IMG/VR virus record: IMGVR_UViG_3300030328_005013
Span: 1 to 58,292 of that record
Source of the DNA: a virus
Lineage: Duplodnaviria; Caudoviricetes
Direction: 5' to 3' (one strand)
DNA length: 58,292 nt
Numbering within the stretch: position 1 is the stretch's first letter; each line of letters starts with the position of its first letter. The translations under genes were made by a program, and so were the position numbers. Positions 53,314 through 58,292 of this stretch are shown here, piece by piece. The notes beneath the pieces were generated by a model. It ran no database searches and was not told the origin of the DNA. It saw only the letters and a list, made by a program, of their open reading frames with translations.

Positions 53314-54939
53314 TTAGTAGTATCTACTTAGATTATAAGAAATAGTTTGATCATTTAAACTACTAGATTCACTAAATTTGTAAACCCCAGTAGAATAACC
53401 ACTAACTACGTCCATTAATTCAGGCATCTTCCCAGTTCCTCCTTCGCATGTGGCGCTAATCGCCCATTGTCCAGCACTCCTCTTCATAATTAACTGTTTA
53501 GCGAAACCACCTATACTTGGAACAATACCGCTTTTTTCAATCGGTTTAGTATCAGCGATTGACAATTGCAATCCAGTCAAATTACCTGAGGCTAAATCTA
53601 CTTTATTATCAAATGATGCAGAATAAGTTATAGTAGAAGTGTTTGGGTCTTTTGAGAAATCTTCTGATTTTGCCTCGTTATTAACATAATTACCACTTAT
53701 ATGGTAGCCCGTCCCAACCTCTCTAAAATCTTGCAGAGCTTCTATAGCAAAATTCAACAATCCAGAATTTTCTATAACTCCGCTAAAAACACTATCAACC
53801 TCTAAAAACCTTGCTCCTGTTGCTGGGTCTCCTGTTCCTAATACATCAAAAGGTCCATTATAAGAAAGGTTACCGTTAACAGAAATGTTTACAATGCTTT
53901 CATCTTTAGATGTAGATACACTTGCTGTTCTTTTATGTAAGACGTTCCCAATTTGATCTGTGTTATCTGGATCTTGAAAAGTAAAAGTATAATCTACTTT
54001 ATTAACACCACTATCTATCCTGTAAGAGACAGACTTTGGACCTCTGTTTATAAAACTATAAGCACCACTCTCATAATCTGAAAGAGAGGAAGCTACAGCG
54101 TTAACTGCTATCTCTGCGGCTTGAGTGGAAGTAAACATACCTGTATCAACCAACCCATCTGTATTCTTAGTAGCATCCATGTTGCCTTGAACAGATGCGT
54201 TGACATTGACACTTAAACCCGCATCTTTATCAAATGCTATTTGAGTTGAAGACGTAAAGAAGCCAGAGATATTCTTTATTGGATTTTCGCTAGTGCTATA
54301 TTTATAGTTTTCAGTTATCCCGTAAGTGTTTGAACCTTTATCTATATTCTCTGTTCTTGATATAAGGTATGCGCCACCAGCTATAGCACCCCCTTCAGCG
54401 CCTGTTTGAAAAAGGCTAATGTTTCTACATCCAGTCGCTCTTCCCGTAACAAAATTAATTGCATTTACTAAAGGGGTAGTATTATCAATTTTAATACCTT
54501 GCGCCGAAACTGTATGGGTAGCTGCGGTTATTTTTCCAATCTCTTCTGTGAAGCTCCAATTGTCTACAGGACTTTGAATCCCAAAATATTCTGAAAAAAC
54601 TCCAGAGGAAAAAGATTCAAAACTAACGCTATAAGGAAGGACGGTTGTTAAATCTGAATCACTAAAAGAAATTGAAGTAGGCTTTGAGCATGTAAATTCT
54701 TTATTAGAGTCATCGTTCGATACCGTCAGAGTTTCATATTCTGACATCAACCCACTAATCATTTGCATTTTCTGTAAATGCAACCCGCTCAAATTTGCGC
54801 CCGTTAAATTACCTATAAGCTCTACACCATCCTGATAGTGGTCTAGCTTACCTGCCACATAAACAGGATTCACGCTCTGACCAACTAAAGGAGTGGGGTC
54901 AGGGAAAGTATATGAACCGTATGTTATGCTTTCAGCCAT
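53314..54939 (-). CDS. Probable tail/baseplate structural protein
   Basis: 541 aa, beta-rich and Ser/Thr-rich, in the operon after the tape measure. Confidence 0.55.
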   Translation of the reverse strand: MAESITYGSYTFPDPTPLVGQSVNPVYVAGKLDHYQDGVELIGNLTGANLSGLHLQKMQMISGLMSEYETLTVSNDDSNKEFTCSKPTSISFSDSDLTTVLPYSVSFESFSSGVFSEYFGIQSPVDNWSFTEEIGKITAATHTVSAQGIKIDNTTPLVNAINFVTGRATGCRNISLFQTGAEGGAIAGGAYLISRTENIDKGSNTYGITENYKYSTSENPIKNISGFFTSSTQIAFDKDAGLSVNVNASVQGNMDATKNTDGLVDTGMFTSTQAAEIAVNAVASSLSDYESGAYSFINRGPKSVSYRIDSGVNKVDYTFTFQDPDNTDQIGNVLHKRTASVSTSKDESIVNISVNGNLSYNGPFDVLGTGDPATGARFLEVDSVFSGVIENSGLLNFAIEALQDFREVGTGYHISGNYVNNEAKSEDFSKDPNTSTITYSASFDNKVDLASGNLTGLQLSIADTKPIEKSGIVPSIGGFAKQLIMKRSAGQWAISATCEGGTGKMPELMDVVSGYSTGVYKFSESSSLNDQTISYNLSRYY

Positions 54940-54941
54940 TT

Positions 54942-56489
54942 TTATTCATTTATATATAAAAAATTAATATTCCTACTAGATTTTCCTTCTCCTAATTTTA
55001 CCGAGACTTTATCAGCAGTTATATGAGTTACACCCTCATCAACCAAATCAGTCATTTCTTGAGTTTTTGTTTCCAGAATATCCGCAGCTTCATATATACC
55101 CATGCTTTGACTCACTGTAGCTTCGGCTGTGACAGAAGCGGTGCCAAGCGTTTTTAAATCGCTTGTTATAACCTGTTCCTCTAAATTGCCTAAATCTAAT
55201 ATTTTTTCAACTCGGTCTATCTGAAGTTGCTTATTCATAGTTAGTTTGAACTTTAAAAGACCATCATCATTTGTTTTATAAGCTGGATCAGTGGTAAAAA
55301 CAATTGAATCTTGAATAGTTCCTTCACTCTTGCTAAAACTAGTAGATCTACTTTTTTCATGAAACTCTTCTAGCGGGTGAAATAACCTTTTAACTCTGAG
55401 GTGATTTAAATCCTGTCCACTTTTCCAAAAATCTCTACAATTATAAAACTTATCTATTTTGTTTTTGCCCAAAGCCTTATACATCATTGAAAGAGTATAC
55501 TCTTTAAATTTACCAGCTTTTTTCTGAGTTCCTGTATAGGATAAGTTATTATCTTGAGATTTGTTTGGGTCAGTCGAAAACTGAATAGTCAAGGTGGCAT
55601 TGATGCCATCCTTTGTTATCCCTTTCGAAATAGAAAATGGAGACCCAAATTGCTGCCCTTCATTAGATTTAACTTCATCTACTATTTCACCTATAGCTTT
55701 TGTTAATGTATTCTCAGAATCTTGTCTCAATGACGTTAATTGAATATTAACAGTTTTTTCTAAAAACCCCTGTGGAGTTATTTTTATATCTTGAGTTTCT
55801 TTCCTGCCTACATTTTTATTAGGGTCTACTATCGAAGTCGTAACTGTTTCAGTTAAACTTACATTTAAATTTATAAGGTCGTAAGTCTCTGAAATGTTTC
55901 CTCTGAAATTTTCATCTATTTTTGCTTTTTCAGAAATCCCATCTTCCTGATATCCTAAAGATGGTCTGTTAGCGAAATAATAATTAGTTAAAAATGTTTT
56001 AGCATTATTTAAAAACTGATCACCAGCTTCTTGAGCATAACCTATAGAAACTTTTCGCGTAGAAGTATAGTCCCCACCAGTTCTTGAAAAATCATAAGTT
56101 TCTGAAAAGGACGCGAGCGTGTGGGGGTTCGGAATGTATTTAGCGAATTCAGAAGAAGAATAATCATCTAGTCTTCTTTTTTCTGTTATGCTTATACTAA
56201 CCGTTTCTGCGCCGACTAAGGTGCCTCCTTCAAAGTTATAACTTTGTATTTGACCATTCAGATAGTCATCTGCACCTATCCTTGCTACTAGATTAGGTCT
56301 TCCATAAGCCTCTTTAATAGCATCTCTACCTGACAATAAAGTTGTGTCATTCTGCTCAAACTTTAAATCAGATATATCTACCTGATAATTACCTTTTACA
56401 GTATATCCAAAAAGCTCTATTGTTCCTTGGTAATCATAAGTGATCTCTACAGAAGAACTTAAAACATTATTTACGATTAAAGATGCCAT
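54942..56489 (-). CDS. Probable tail/baseplate structural protein
   Basis: 515 aa, directly downstream of the tape measure. Confidence 0.55.
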   Translation of the reverse strand: MASLIVNNVLSSSVEITYDYQGTIELFGYTVKGNYQVDISDLKFEQNDTTLLSGRDAIKEAYGRPNLVARIGADDYLNGQIQSYNFEGGTLVGAETVSISITEKRRLDDYSSSEFAKYIPNPHTLASFSETYDFSRTGGDYTSTRKVSIGYAQEAGDQFLNNAKTFLTNYYFANRPSLGYQEDGISEKAKIDENFRGNISETYDLINLNVSLTETVTTSIVDPNKNVGRKETQDIKITPQGFLEKTVNIQLTSLRQDSENTLTKAIGEIVDEVKSNEGQQFGSPFSISKGITKDGINATLTIQFSTDPNKSQDNNLSYTGTQKKAGKFKEYTLSMMYKALGKNKIDKFYNCRDFWKSGQDLNHLRVKRLFHPLEEFHEKSRSTSFSKSEGTIQDSIVFTTDPAYKTNDDGLLKFKLTMNKQLQIDRVEKILDLGNLEEQVITSDLKTLGTASVTAEATVSQSMGIYEAADILETKTQEMTDLVDEGVTHITADKVSVKLGEGKSSRNINFLYINE

Positions 56490-56495
56490 GTCTCA

Positions 56496-58292
56496 TTATG
56501 ATCCTTCGCTAGATGGTTCTAGTGCAGTTGCTCCTGTTCCCTCTGCGGGTTCTTCATCCATTAAGTCTTTAATTAAATTCTCCATAGAAAGCATCTTGTT
56601 CGCCAACATCTTCATGCTGTTAGTCGCAGATTTAGCAAACTTAGCTTGCTCTGACAAAAACGGCTGCAAATCTTTAGAAGCCTGTAGGTTTTCATCCAAG
56701 AATTTCAAGACCTCATCTACGCTAGCCTCGCCACTTTCTATTTTTTCTTGTGTTTCTTTGAGTTTTTTAGCAATATCAGCAGTATCTGAGTCTGTTGCAA
56801 ATTTCTCCCAAGCTTTTGTAGCGGCTCCCATAGCTGCATTTAATCCTTTTTGAGTCTCTAGTAACTCGTCCATTTCTGCGGTCGGATCTAATCCTTTGGC
56901 ATCGTCCATCATGCCTTTAAATGATTCACCTTCCCCAGACCTTAATTGCATAAGCATGTTTTTGCCTTCGCCCCCTACCATCCCAGCATCTGCTACTTTT
57001 CCAAGTATCTCCTCTAATTTTCCTTGGCTTACGCCAAACAGAGTAACTAATTTATCTATGCTAACCCCAGTTCCTTGATCATCGAACTCAGACATCATCA
57101 TGCCGATTTTCTCATAATCAATATCAGCAGGGTCTTTCAACATTTCATCAGCGACCTCCTTGCCTTGAGCGTGAACATAATCTAAGTCCATGCCCCCTTG
57201 ACCGAACGCTTGCTGGATATGGCTAACTTGAGCTTGAATTGTTTGTGCTGTGAGTTCAGCCATTTTCTTTTCATTAGCCATCTGCAAGTCGCCAACCTGC
57301 TTCATCTTAGAAAGTATATCTATACCAGCCTTTCTAGCTGCACTTTCAAATTGCTGGCCAGCTTTCTCAAGGTTATTCCTTGCGGCTAAAGTTCCCTTCA
57401 TCAACTCTAGATTTGTTGGAGCACTCCCCTTCTCTGCCGCAGCCTTTGAAGTCTCGGCATATGCCACATCAACACCTGTCTGAGCGTTTACCATAGCACC
57501 TCTAAATTGATCCAAACCTCTCTGTTGAGTTTGGAACCCAGCGCCCATGTTCATGGCTAGAGCATTAGGGCCAGTAGCTAGAGATTGCACTAAAGCTTGC
57601 TGATCTTGAGCCTGAGCAAACGCATCGGCGGTCTTCAGCGTTATCTTAGACTGTCTTTCTTGAATATCTGCTAAAGTGCTTGCATAATCTTTTTGAGCCT
57701 TTGCTAATGTCGCAGTAGCCTCATCCATATCAGCTTGCCAAGACATTTGCATTTGCAAATCTTTATATTTCCAATTTGATATATTAGCTACGACATTTGC
57801 TAAAGCGTCTTGAGCCTTAGCGAGTTCTTCATTGGACTTGTTTAACTTTTCCGTTATCTTTTTCTTTTTCTTTGAGCCTTCTTTTGCTTCCTGCTCTTCT
57901 AGTTGAAGCTCTTCAGATATTTTAGTTTGTTTTTGAACAGCTTGGGCTGCTTTATCATAAGCGTCTGCAAGTGCTTTTGGGTCAGCGGCGTTAGCCATAC
58001 CTTCCTGTAATTGCTCGTTTAAAAATTTAGCTTGCTGATCTGATGTCCCGAAACCCTCAAAATCAGGGGCTTTGTCAAATTTTGTTCTTCCTACTCCTAC
58101 TGCTTTTTGAGTTGCCGCAACTTTTTCTCGAGCTTCCATCATTGCTTTCTCCTCAGGAGTTAACGCTTCTGCTACTCCCTTGCCAGCCGCACCTCCCACT
58201 ATAGCTCCTCCTATACCTCCTACCAATCCTCCTATAGCAACAACTAATGGAGCAGCGGGTCCGAAGAACGGAGCGACCGCAGCCGAAAGCTT
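56496..58292 (-). CDS. Tail tape measure-like protein, C-terminal part (5' end beyond window)
   Basis: Frame open to the window edge (KLSAAVAPFFGPAAPLVVAIGGLVGG...); Gly/Ala-rich hydrophobic segment then long Ala/Gln/Glu/Lys helical region. Confidence 0.7.
   Translation of the reverse strand, partial: KLSAAVAPFFGPAAPLVVAIGGLVGGIGGAIVGGAAGKGVAEALTPEEKAMMEAREKVAATQKAVGVGRTKFDKAPDFEGFGTSDQQAKFLNEQLQEGMANAADPKALADAYDKAAQAVQKQTKISEELQLEEQEAKEGSKKKKKITEKLNKSNEELAKAQDALANVVANISNWKYKDLQMQMSWQADMDEATATLAKAQKDYASTLADIQERQSKITLKTADAFAQAQDQQALVQSLATGPNALAMNMGAGFQTQQRGLDQFRGAMVNAQTGVDVAYAETSKAAAEKGSAPTNLELMKGTLAARNNLEKAGQQFESAARKAGIDILSKMKQVGDLQMANEKKMAELTAQTIQAQVSHIQQAFGQGGMDLDYVHAQGKEVADEMLKDPADIDYEKIGMMMSEFDDQGTGVSIDKLVTLFGVSQGKLEEILGKVADAGMVGGEGKNMLMQLRSGEGESFKGMMDDAKGLDPTAEMDELLETQKGLNAAMGAATKAWEKFATDSDTADIAKKLKETQEKIESGEASVDEVLKFLDENLQASKDLQPFLSEQAKFAKSATNSMKMLANKMLSMENLIKDLMDEEPAEGTGATALEPSSEGS

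Noticed and set aside
56440-57483. Plus-strand ORFs over the tape measure gene
   Set aside because: Antisense shadows of a repetitive helical coding region
1-58292. Stop-codon reassignment
   Set aside because: Genes are full length and tightly packed under the standard code, and TAA, TAG and TGA all end genes
1-58292. CRISPR array, tRNA or rRNA genes
   Set aside because: No regularly spaced repeats or cloverleaf/rRNA-like sequence recognised; intergenic gaps are short. A tRNAscan run would be the proper check

Overview
Fragment of a large, AT-rich, tailed dsDNA bacteriophage genome, probably infecting a Gram-negative aquatic host. It uses the standard genetic code, is densely coded with many ATGA/TAATG overlaps, and I found no tRNA, rRNA, CRISPR or integrase. 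From left to right, mostly on the minus strand: (1) a >930-aa tail-fibre-like gene running off the left end, missing from the ORF track; (2) an ADP-heptose-type cassette (cupin, HldE-like kinase, adenylyltransferase, HAD phosphatase, with a GT9 and hldD nearby); (3) a lysis region (holin, CHAP endolysin, overlapping spanin-like pair, outer-membrane beta-barrel) in which a stand-alone chemoreceptor-like four-helix-bundle membrane protein sits between holin and endolysin; (4) a replication operon (Clp ATPase, three-piece DnaE, PD-(D/E)XK nuclease, DnaG, DnaB, RecA); (5) a ~12.4-kb sugar-modification/glycosyltransferase island; (6) class Id-like nrdBA; (7) a mostly plus-strand block with a phage sigma factor, GT4s, Hsp20, a Whirly-like SSB, a split GT9 and an annealing protein; (8) tail/baseplate genes and the end of a tape measure gene. 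Best leads: the sensor-like protein in the lysis cassette, a possible phage heptosylation/glycosylation system acting on (S/T)G-rich virion proteins, a recurrent GTGTAR upstream motif, and two candidate structured RNAs. All family calls come from motif recognition by eye, not database searches.
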